From assembly GCF_964204645.1 (NCBI RefSeq), contig NC_134025.1, positions 26,764,299-26,828,298 on the forward strand: 64,000 bases of DNA, read 5' to 3'. Shown here in pieces: positions 52,677 to 64,000 of this stretch. The notes below the pieces were generated by a model. It saw only the letters and a program-made list of their open reading frames with translations. It was not told the origin of the DNA and searched no databases. The DNA is from Tubulanus polymorphus. Lineage: Eukaryota > Animalia > Nemertea. Both the position numbers and the translations under genes were made by a program. Position 1 is the first letter of the stretch. Each line of letters opens with the position of its first letter.

Positions 52677-54295
52677 TTAATCCACCATTCCCAGAAGAGC
52701 ATTAATCGTTGCATTTTTGTTTCCATTATTGGCTTCCAGGACAGAGACGACCACATCTTCTTCAATATTCGGGAACATGTCCTTCACCTGTTTAAGGTCC
52801 TCTTCAGTATAAAGTGGCCCTTGTTGTATCGGTATTGCAGGTTGTTGCTGCGGCGGGTACTGTGCAGGAATTCCGGGGGCCACCATACCGGCATTGTAAA
52901 CTGGAGCACCACCAACTACCAAAGAAATTCATCACAATAATCCAGCGATGTGAAACCAACAAAACGCAATATAGATTATCATATTCATTGATTTACCTGT
53001 CATTGGGTAATAGATGGGTTGGGCTGGAACCATCATAACTTGCTGTGGAAAGATTGCTGTTGGCTGGGTGGTTTTCTGGAAGAATTTGCATCTATTACAC
53101 AAAGATTCTACTATATATGGATATTAAGAATAGTATTGGGCTCGTAGTTACTTACAGAAAATGAAAGGACGAGGTTAATCATACCCTCTTTGTCATCTCC
53201 TTGGCGTCCACTCAATGTGTACCAATCATCCACAGTCTCACCAGTAAGAACTATTTCTGGTATTGGGATATGTGACCATGCTATGCGATCATCCATAGAA
53301 AATGTTTTCTACAAAAAAAGTATAAAAGCGACTCATAGGATAAAGAGGATTTCAGAAGAATGAATGGACACGACGTGAAGAGACAGGCTATGACTCTTAC
53401 CTCATCGTATATTTCGACATAGAAACTATCAACACCTTGGGGCAAATAACTAAAAAATAGAACACACCCATAAAATACTTGCCAAATTACATCAGAGTAT
53501 CAATAGAAACTATTTCAATGATAAAACTACATTCAGATACAAACCATTGAATGACTTTATTCCAACGCGGGTTTTTAGCCCCATTATGCGCAGTTGGTGT
53601 CTCAAGAATGGAATGTCCCAATCTGATTCTGCAGTAAGGGTCCATTTTGGTGAGTCCATAGTTTTTACTGAGTTTAGCCTAAAAAATGAATAAAATACTC
53701 TCCATCCAAAATAGATCCTGATCCACAATTTTCAACAATTAATTTGCGGAGTTAAACACAAATATTATACCTGAGCAATCGTGATACTTAGTCTGCCAAT
53801 GACATTCGCTGGAATGACGGGTCCAAATCCTGCTTGTTGTTGAGCCATCAAATATTGGGCATGTTGTGCATCAGTCATCACTTGTTGTTCAGCAGGATTG
53901 AACCCCACCCGTAAAAAGTCGGGTGACAAATCTCCAAGTTTCACCTACAATAAAATCAAACATCTAACTCAAAACGTGTTTAGAATTTCAGGTTACAGGC
54001 TTGGTCAGCTTTACTTGTACTTGTACTATATACACGAAGTGGGGCACACAATAAAGCTTGTTTGAATTGTCTTTTACAAATTTCTATTTCCTTCGTTGTT
54101 AAATGTTTGACATCGAAAAGTTTCCCTTTTTGACACTGTAGTAGTGAATTTCATCACTAATTGACCATCCACCCAAACCTTTTATTAACTTCAGACTTGG
54201 GAACCTACCTGGTTCTTCCATCTTTGCCTCTTTTCTGCAATAGTTGCAGCACTGTTGTTCCCAGATGCGTTGTTTACCACATTTGGAGCAGCCAT
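52677..54295 (-). CDS. TOLLIP: Toll-interacting protein (C2 + CUE)
   Basis: [10 protein letters not shown]; GRLSITIAQ|[22 protein letters not shown]...[10 protein letters not shown]; [33 protein letters not shown]; CUE domain [36 protein letters not shown]. Confidence 0.95.
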
Positions 54296-54547
54296 TTTGA
54301 CACCAATGATCTGTCAAGCGTCGGGCGCATGACGCCACTTATCGGCTCATTTCGGTAAATATTACGGAAGTGACGTTATTCTAAGGCAACGAAGGTTGTT
54401 TACCCTGACAACTGAACAGCAGTGAGTACAAGCAGGACAGTTCTTGCAGGGTTTAGTGCATTTTGTCGTCCAACTGCTACGGATCTCACCCTAAAATCAT
54501 TGTTCTTTATAGATAAGGTGATTCTGTAATACATCGACAACGACGAG
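54296..54547. promoter_or_regulatory. Bidirectional promoter TOLLIP/RSPH4 with ETS-CRE and RFX X-box-like motifs
   Basis: The two ATGs are 252 bp apart. cggaagtgacgt at 54365-54376; X-box-like gttattctaaggcaac (54375-54390) and gtttaccctgacaac (54398-54412). Confidence 0.55.
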
Positions 54548-57447
54548 ATGTCAGAAACGCCTTTAAACAACGAGGTTTTGAGCCAAACTGCCGGCTCTAA
54601 ACCACAAACTCCAGCAAACATGGAACTGAATTTAAATCCGAAGGAAAAAGATTATGTCAATGCAAAAGCTTACTTACTGAAGACCAGCTCTAACTCAGGA
54701 CTGAATTTGTGAGTATAGATAAACTTTTAACTGCTTCATTTATGTAAATATCATTTTACTGGAATTTTGAATTTGTAACAAAAGTACATAATTTTCGTAA
54801 AATTTTTCAACATGATATTATCCTTATGCAGGTATGATCAGTTATCGCGTGTGCTAACAAAGATTTTAGACGAACGGCCGGAAAATGTTGTCGACATATT
54901 TGAAGATCTAAGCAAAGAAGAAAAGAAAGCGAAATTCACATCACACGTCGATACCGTACAAGACAAAATTGATACCTCGACTGAAGTAGCTTTGGCTGAA
55001 GTGCAAAAGAAGTTGTTCGCAGTAAGTTTTCTTCAGAAATTGGGCTACTAAGCTGAGGCATTAATCACCATATTCATGCTTGGATTTGCTTGAAATTACA
55101 GAGAGGTGATGGAGAGGGCGAAGAAGAACAACAAGAGGAAGATGTGGAAACTCCGCTTCCTAATTTGATGGAGCTAGCATTTTATTTTGAACAAGCTGGT
55201 GCGGGTTTAAGTCGCGAAGAGACAATACGTATTTGGTTAGCGTTGAAGAACCTGGTCGACAATTATCCGTTACAACACGTTCGATTCTGGGGTAAAATAT
55301 TCGGAACCGAGCAGAATTATATTGTCGCCGAGGTCGAATACAGAGAAGGCGAAGAGGAGGAAGAGGAAGAAGAAGAGGTAAATATATCGAACCACTTATA
55401 AGAGAGACGGCGTTCACTGGTCTCGTTAGTCCAGGTTTAATGGGTCGAAAATCATTGATCGATGGTTCTTCTCTGGTCTTTCTTCTCCCCCATTACAAAA
55501 ACCTCAAACTTACAATGCCTTGCAATGAGCTCAGAGGATTGATAAGAATATTTATTTAAGCATTTGTCATGTTTGAATTCTTAATCCAGATTAAGTAGGT
55601 TTTGCAGCATTAGGGATCATTTATTTATTACGTACACATATGTATTAAAAATCAAATTTTATGCGTACGTAATAAATGAATGATCCCTTAGCAAATTCTT
55701 GAGTAAAATAGATTTTACTGTGTTTCTTTAGTTAACGTGTTACGATGATAATAATATTTAAAGGCTGAAGCAGAAGAGGCGGAGGATCAAACAGAGCGTG
55801 ATCCAGATGGTGAAGAGGAAGAAATCGAAGAGGATGATACTCCTAAACCAGATTTCAAGCCCCCACCAATGATTCCGAAAGAGGAAAACAGAACTGGTGC
55901 AAACAAGAAAACTTACTTTGTCTGCAATGATCGTAAGTTAATGGAACTTATTTTAGAATCAGGTAAATTGCTGATTATATCCAGTGTTATATTTATCAAT
56001 CTTATCATTACAGCTGGAAAACCATGGGTGAAGCTGCCACCAGTTACTCCATCTCAACTTCAAATATCTAGAAAAATTAAGAAATTCTTCACTGGACGTC
56101 TAGATGCACCGGTAAGTTCGATGAAAATTAGTTTTCAAGAGGTAAATACAAGTAGCTTTATTTCTAATATGACTTTATTCATTTGATCTATTCAGGTGAT
56201 CAGTTATCCACCATTCCCCGGTAATGAAGCGAACTATTTGAGAGCTCAGATCGGTCGTATCGGTGCCGGAACTCACATATCTCCGCTTGGATTCTATCAG
56301 TTTGATGAAGAAGAAGAAGAGGAAGAAGAAGGAGAAGGTTTGTTAGATATGTCAAATTTACAGAAATGTCTCTCTAAGTGTTACCCACTGCTTACCTTAA
56401 CAGTTACTCCCTATATCCAAAACCCTATTCTGCTTTCGATGTCTTATGATTATAAGATTTGATATTTAATGCAGCATTTATAGAAGGAGGTGAGGTCTGG
56501 TTTAATGTTGTCACACTGCTTCACCATTCACTATTATAGATATTATCTTTATCATATCGTCAATTGTTACACTATGCATTTCTCGTTTGTCTAATGATTG
56601 CATTCATTAAATCTTCTTTCTTCTTACGGCCGATAAATTTATAAGCACTTTATCTTATTCTAGGTCGTGATAATTTTGTTGAGAACGTTGATTTCGAGGG
56701 AATCCCTGTTCGAGAACTTGCAGATCCATCGTTAGCAAACTGGGTGCACCACGTCCAACATATTCTTCCACAGGTAAGCAAACAGGATCTGATCCAGATG
56801 ATTGATAACAACAGACTGAAACTATTTTTGATTTGATTTTAAAGATCAGCGATTGATTGACAAATTTTGTAGGGACGTACGTCTTGGTGGAATCCAGTGC
56901 AGAAAAATGAAGATGAATTCGAAGATGAGGATGAAGAGGAAGAAAGAGAGGAACCAGATGAACCCGAACCAGAAGTTGGTCCACCTTTATTAACTCCTCT
57001 GTCAGAAGATGCTGAAATCGAAAACATGCCACCATGGACTGCCAGAATATCTTCAAATCTCGTATCGCAATATGCAATCTGTGTAATGCACTCAAATCTG
57101 TGGCCTGGTGCTCATGCATTTGGTGTAGACAAGTAAGTGCCAGCTGTTTAGAATTCAAACATGATTTGATTTTAGAAATGATGAATTATCAGTTTGTTCA
57201 TCCATTAATCTATTTTAGGAAATTTGAAAACATTTATGTTGGTTATGGACACAAATATTCAGCTGAGAACTACAGCCCAACACCACCACCTCCGATCCAA
57301 GACGAATATCCAAGCGGACCAGAAATCACAGAAACCGAGGATCCAACACCTGAAGAGGAAGCTGCGCTAAGAGCTGCTCAAAATGAAGCTGCAGAGGCAG
57401 CAGAAGAGATGGAGGAACAGGAGGAAGAAGACGAAGATGATGATTAA
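54548..57447 (+). CDS. RSPH4A: Radial spoke head protein 4/6 homolog
   Basis: [12 protein letters not shown]|[16 protein letters not shown]; [26 protein letters not shown]; [11 protein letters not shown]|[19 protein letters not shown]; [13 protein letters not shown]; [10 protein letters not shown]; [12 protein letters not shown]. Confidence 0.95.
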
Positions 57448-59191
57448 ATAAAATCCGTCCATAAAAAAATCAGAAAACTAAAATTGATAATTTCCGTCCT
57501 CATTTTCTAATTGGTAGTTATCGCTGATGTAAATAAGATATTTATGGTTTGTTATAAAATAGGAAATAAACTTTTAAATTATCAGTTAATTTGATATCAT
57601 ATTGTTCATATTCTATGCAGAGGATAATTCCAATGGATTCTTTTTGCCTGCGTGTTTTTTCGTTCAAGCTTGGTGATTAAAGAATCCTGACCAAAGCCTT
57701 CTACAGTCATCCCCTGACCACCCACATCGATGCAGAACGATTTTGGCAGTATAGAGTATGGCGATATATCGGGGGTGTTTTACTACGTATTTGTATAGAG
57801 ATGTACATAGAGAAAACCTGGTGGTAGGCGAGGGTAGCCGTATATGGGGGGGGGGGGGCGGTTTATCGGGGGTTTACTAATGTCAAATTCAAGTCTTCAA
57901 AACCATGACCTCATATCCATGTTTGTCCTGCCCTCACTAGACTGAAGATGTAAATGAATGGAGAAGATTCTAATATGGATGGAATGATTCTTTATTATTG
58001 TATCAATGAGGCTCATGTACATATGGATATACAATATGTATAAAATCAAGATACATTTCTTAGTGTCTTAGGCGTGCTGGAATTACAAAATAATCAAAGG
58101 TGGTCAAATAACTTGCAAAAACCTGCAACAATGATCTAAAATTCAGTAAAAAGGGACGGAATGGCAATATTGGCATGAAATGTCAAAAGTAGTTGCGCAA
58201 CATATTTGTTTAACATGATGAATATAAACGATATTCACTTATTGAGACATTATATAAATACCGGGTAATGGTAAATTTTTCAATAATAATAATGAGGGGA
58301 AAGGTTCTCATCTGATCGTAAGTACATGTTATTGCTAATAGAAAAATACTAAATCCTCAATATAGTTTTTCGTATTACACACATCTTGCAGTGTAACAAC
58401 ATAAAACATTATTCTCTAATACAAAATAATAACTATGGCGCATATGATTAAATATAGGTAGAGTGGAAGTATAGTTTATATAAATCAATACATAGATACG
58501 TAACAAATACATAATAACAAGGAAACAGTAATAACAACTAGTCATTGATACAACTACGAATCTGTGTTACAATTATACATTCAGTATGTCATAGTTCAAT
58601 ACTCTTTTGCAGTAAAGAAATCTAAATTGTGATTTTACTCTAACAAGCGAAATATATCTCGTAAACATCCCTTCGAAAATGTCTCCCAAGATAGCTGCCG
58701 TAAAATACATGCTTTATTTTACTGGTCAGAAAAGTCCCAATATCGACGGAATTCTGTCTAAGTAAAAACCACGATAAATAAATGACTAGTTTTACATCAA
58801 TTGTAACATGAATTCACTTACACAAAACTAGGATCATACAAAGAAACTACATTACATATTAGTTCATCTATTTAGCTATTACACCTATCTTCCATTCAAC
58901 TAATCATCATCGATATGATTCTTAGAATTCTACTGTAATAGGAATCATAATTTATCAGCAATTGGAATTGTCTATTGGAACATATGGACCTAATATGGTA
59001 CATCTATTTTCTATATTTCCCTGCTTAGTTTAAACTAAAGACCTTGTGATATTGTGGAATCTGGCCTGGAATGGAAATCTATGTAAGGCATAAGCACATA
59101 AGGTCATAGATCTGTATTCATTCTTAATGATTATCACAGTGCTGCTCTAGTAATCATGGAGTCAAAAGCCGTTTATCGCTGTACCACAATG

Positions 59192-62100
59192 CTAGAGAAT
59201 AGTACATAGCTTTGACTGAAAAAAAAAGAATACTGAAAATCAAGATGAATGTAGACAGTATATATTAACAGTATCGATGAATGTTTGAAATATAAACCTT
59301 TTTAGCTGGTTGTGGTTGAGCAGTTTCATCATCTTTTTTGTCAGCATTTTCTTTGGCTTCATCTTCTGATTTATCCTTTGAATCTAATTTATCATCACTT
59401 GTCTCTTGCTTTTTCTCTTCTACACCATCATCTTTTTTTGATTCGTCTTTAACCGATTCGGTGGCTGGAATGATTTCGTCTTTGTCAGTCTTTTTTGTTT
59501 CTTCTGTCTCTGACTCCTCTTCCTCTTCAGTTTCCTAGAATGAATACAATTGATGTGTACAGATCACTTGAGACAGAATCTTACCGTATTTAGTACAGGA
59601 AACCATCATCTATATAGCACCTCTTTCTTCTTTTTGTCTTTTTTCTTGTCCTTTTTGTCTTCCTTCTCCTTTTTGTCTTTGTCTTTCTTATCACTTTTGT
59701 CTTTTCCTTTCTTTTTATCATCCTTTTTAGACTTTTTCTTCCCCTTTTCTATAATGATAAATTCATACACTAAAGCAACAAATTAAACTTCAAAACGCAC
59801 CGGAAGCTTAGATTTCTGTACTCACCCTCCTCCTCGCTTTCTACTTCCTCTTCATCTTCATCTTTTTCTTCATCTTCATTTTCTTCTTCACTCTCCTCTT
59901 TTTTCTTACCTTTCTTCTTATCTACATAGATTATCAAAATCACTCAGACAAATCAAAAACAGTGCAGTTCAATCAAGAGGATATAACAATTAAGGAAATT
60001 TGGAGATAATGAAGGAAGGAAGTCTATCCTTTTCAAACAATCAATCGATGAAGACTACCGGGTACCTTTATCTTTCTTCTTTGTCTTATCCTTTTTGTCC
60101 TTGTCCTTATTTTTTTTCTTTGACTTTTTCTTTCCTTCATCTTCCTCACTTTTGTCTTCATCATCATCATCTTCTTTCTCTTCTTCTTCATCTTCTGAGA
60201 CTTCCTCCTTTTTCTTGATTGAACAAAAAAAGAAAATTACAAATCATGTTCGCAATATCATCAACAAGTAGTTCAATAACGCTAAATACCAGTATACCTT
60301 TTTATCCTTTCCTTTCTTTTTATCTTTATCCTTTTTGTCTTTACTTTTATCCTTCTTTTCTTTCTTGTCTTTATCTTTATCCTTCTTGTCTTTCTCTTTG
60401 TCTTTTCCCTTCTTCGTATAGAAATGTGAACAATTAAGCAACGCCATTGTCATTTTTCAAGCACCTATGCGCATTTACCTTATTTACCAGTTAATATTCT
60501 AATTTGCTCCTTACCTTTCCTTTGACTTTCAGTTTTGCTTCTTCCTCTTCACTATCTATTTCCTCTTCCGATTCTTTATCATTTTCTTTCTTTTCATGTT
60601 TTTCAGACAGTTTTTGGTCCTCAATCTCTTCATCTTCTTCTTTCTCCTCTACTTCCTCATCATTTGATTCTTCTTTTTCTATTTTCTAAAAAAGCACAAA
60701 ATAATTTAGGTTAGTCATCAAATGTAATTAGGAGGACATACCTTCAGTACTCAAGCTGTTGGTATTCTTGCCGTTGTATTAGAATTATATATTACATCTA
60801 ATGATAAATATTACATGCTCTTAGTTTATTTCTGTAATATTTAATTGTTATTCATTCAGAAATAAAGATGATATAATGTAATGTAATGTAACGCAAAGAA
60901 CATGTAGTCATCAAAATATCCAAAAGATCTCTCGTTTAGGGTAGTAATGAAACATGGGCAAAGTATCTAATATGATAATCGTAAAGCCAAGTAGTTACCT
61001 TCATCCTAGGCACAGGTTTTGGGGATGGTCTTGGAGAAACTTTAGGCGATATTTTCGAACGAGAAAGGGGTACAGGCTTTTTCCCTTCATCCTGTAGCGT
61101 GGATAAGACAGAGTGCAATAGTAAACAACTCAAGAATCAATCAATCACAGCAAAAAACAAAAAGTAAATAGGTTTTAGTGCTAAGAAGTATGGATTTTGG
61201 ATGTTATAGTAGCTAAATTCTGCTTACTGGTACTTCATTTTCTTCATCACTTTCTTCTTCATTCTCGGATTTGTCTGAAAAAAAAGTCAAAGTTACACTA
61301 GTATTGAAATGATTATGAACGAATCTCTTACTTTGCATATCATATAGCATACACAGTACGTACCTTTATCATGATGTATCTGTGGTATTTTTCCTCGGTC
61401 TAAAGTGGCTGGTGTATAAGTAGAGTTTAGCGGTGGCAGTGATTGAGCTCTAAAACTACTATTCAGCGTGGGTAACGTTCGATTTAATAATGGAGATGGT
61501 ACCTGAAAAATTTCCCTCATTACATATGACAAACAACCTGCCTCGAATAAATGAAAGAAAAGCATTTGAAACTGTTAATACACACATGCGCTCTCCGCCG
61601 ATCTCTGGCCGAGATACTCAGTTCCATATCTTCGCTCGGTTGAGTTGACAAACGATCTGATGTGGACATTCGTATCGGATCTTCTTCTTCTTCATCCGAT
61701 AATTCCGCTTCACCATTTTCTACTTTTAAATGAGCAAGTGCTAACATATGACAACCACCGCAAGCGACCTAAAAATACACGAATCAATCACTCCTCAGTA
61801 ATGATGGTAGATTTCAGTAATCAATATGCGGCCGATACTTTTATGCATGTTGGGATGTATGTTTATCTAATTAGACTATGCTTTGAATTATTGATTTCTA
61901 TCGATAGACGCGCTGCAGTCATCAGGCAACACATTTTTCATCTATATAACTACATCATTACACAGTTAGGATTCACGTAAAACTTACGCTGTCGACGTTG
62001 AACTTTTTGAATCTGGCAACTTGAGATGGACGGAATTGATTAGCGCTGTTTTCTTCACCGAGGGCCAGCTTCCCATGACGACCATCACCGAATGAATATA

Positions 62101-63664
62101 ACAAACCTTTATCTAAAATCATAAGGAGAACAAATCCTTGATGTCCTGTTTTAGTCAGGTAACAAAAAATATGTCCAAATATGTCATCAAATATCTTCAC
62201 ACTTACCAGTAATAACAGCTGTATGATTGTCACCGCACGATACATGCGTTATTTTACAATCAGCGAATGCCCGCACTAATGTAGGCTGCCATATCTGTAA
62301 ATTTTGAGTAGGTCCATGACCCAGTTGTCCCTGAGACCCATCACCGCATGTGTACAGCTTACCCGATTCTGGAAAAAATTGTTCGAAACGTCAATTAATC
62401 TCATAGAAAATGAAGAATTGGTCAACTATTTCAGCCTAGGATTCGAACTGGTAGTGTAAGCCTACCGGTGATGATAGCAGTATGTGAGCCACCACAGCTA
62501 ACCCATTTCACTTTCTCTTGTAATGACGTTACAAGCTGTGGTGTGGTCGTTTCTACATTATCTTCAATTTCTCCGAGACCGAGTTTACCAGATTCTTTCT
62601 CCCCGAATGTGTAAAGTTTACCGTGAGCTTAAAAGAAAACAAATTCCTTCAATCAATACCAGTCTAATGTTGAATATCTTAATGAATGCTTGTTTTCTTC
62701 CTAACCTGTTACAAAGGCTGTATGATAATATCCACATGATACGCAGATAATATCATCGTCCCAGTCTAACTCTTCAGGTAGCAGACACTCTAAACTGTCA
62801 TCACCTAGACCAAGCTGACCTTCAGAACCACCACCCCATACGTAGAGAATTCCCTCATCTGAAGAAGAATGGAAATATCCTAGAAACATTATTAAGGAGG
62901 GACGAAACTGCTTGGTGAGATTTTTGTTCGAAAAAATAAAATTGACATAGAAAAACATGTACCGGGTACCAGTAAAATGAAAATTTCTCATCAAAAGATA
63001 AAGATTTGATACTGTTAGTTATAAGATAGTCAAATAGATATATGGAATTGTACAAACCTGTAAGAGCGGCGCTATGATCAGTTCCAGCCGACAGCTGTTT
63101 ATAATTCTGTTGGTCGAATGATCGAATACAAACTGGTACCGACGTATTATTACCATCCTCTTCATCTAAACCGAGTTGACCGTCATTATTCGCTCCACAG
63201 CCGTAAAGATTTCCCGATTCCGTCGACATAATCGTATGGTTTCGACCGCAAGCGACGAGTTTAACCTTTTCATGTTTCAAAGCTGTAATATCATGTTTCA
63301 AAAGCTGATACAGTGAAAAGTCTAGAGCGCGCAGTAAAAATGTGTATGAAACTTACATTTGATACAGCTTGGTTTCGTCTGCAGTTTCGTCGTACCGAGA
63401 CCCAACTGACCCCAGTCATTTGATCCAAACATAAATATTCGCCCACTCTCTGAAATAAAACATAAACAGAAACTATTCGATATCTTTGCAAATATCTAAG
63501 ATAAGATGAAATCCATCCTATAGTGAAGGTTATACTACCTGCTATAAGGGCAGTGTGTTCATCTCCGCACGATATCTCTATAACTTTATCATTTCGTATC
63601 CAGAACTTGCTCGGAATATTCTCGGCAAATCGACTTTTTCCGAAAGTGAAAACACCTCCAGTCT
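59192..63664 (-). CDS. RPGR: Retinitis pigmentosa GTPase regulator (RCC1-like repeats, Glu/Lys-rich tail, CaaX); first coding exon not found in window
   Basis: TGGVFTFGKSRFAENIPSKFWIRND..SCGDEHTA; FGSNDWGQLGLG; VKLVACGRNHT; LYSFGDGRHGKL; VACGGCHML; SARDRRR; terminal exon SKLCTIL* (CTIL, as in the vertebrate constitutive RPGR isoform). Confidence 0.93.
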
Positions 63665-64000
63665 CTAAAATATAATTGGCAAATTGACTGAATAGTAATA
63701 ACTTATCGATATACAGTTTAAAAATTCAGACCCAAAATGAAAATTCCACAAAAAATCTTAAAAATAGGAGGCGCCAAAAAACCTTAGAACGTTATTGATG
63801 GGGTTTGGTGGAATTTTGTCTTTTTTAGTAGAAAACTAGATTTTAGAATTGGAACAGTGACAGGATTATTCTGAGGATACTTGACAGACCAACAGTAGCG
63901 AGTTTGTGGCTTGAGGAGTGTTTGCGCTGAGGTGATCTATTAGATTCCACCATAGAAAATCTGACAGGCCACACGAGGTATCCGGTGCCCCGGGCACCAT

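Noticed and set aside
57760-57880. Poly-G run and repeated atcgggggt..tttacta motif
   Set aside because: Too short to assign; probably a repeat relic or simple sequence.
59338-60689. Ser/Phe/Leu-rich ORFs on the + strand
   Set aside because: Antisense shadows of RPGR Glu/Lys-rich exons.

Overview
AT-rich, intron-containing eukaryotic DNA from a metazoan with a compact genome. It looks like a marine invertebrate, probably lophotrochozoan (inferred from gene content and mostly 60-250 bp introns). Spliced genes, in order: an uncharacterised partial gene (-, left edge), a weak putative gene (+), Stum/SPEC3 (-, with an 11.3 kb intron), TMEM87 (+), two tandem intronless class A GPCRs (+), a DEG/ENaC/ASIC-family channel with a ~500 aa extracellular insertion (-), SIPA1L RapGAP (-), EIF1AD (-), TOLLIP (-), RSPH4/6 (+) and RPGR (-, 5' end not found). 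The main non-routine features are four. (i) A 1.27 kb Polinton/adintovirus-like pseudogenised fragment, with a ~105 nt hairpin at its left end, fills the junction of a ~3 kb tandem duplication. (ii) A 3.6 kb TIR element with a 9 bp target-site duplication carries a 13-copy 190 bp satellite and seems to split the SIPA1L promoter. (iii) A ~300 nt GC-rich structured island between stum and TMEM87 contains a telomerase-RNA P6.1-like hairpin but no visible template. (iv) The channel carries a giant insertion. All family calls come from recognising motifs by eye; no database searches were run.
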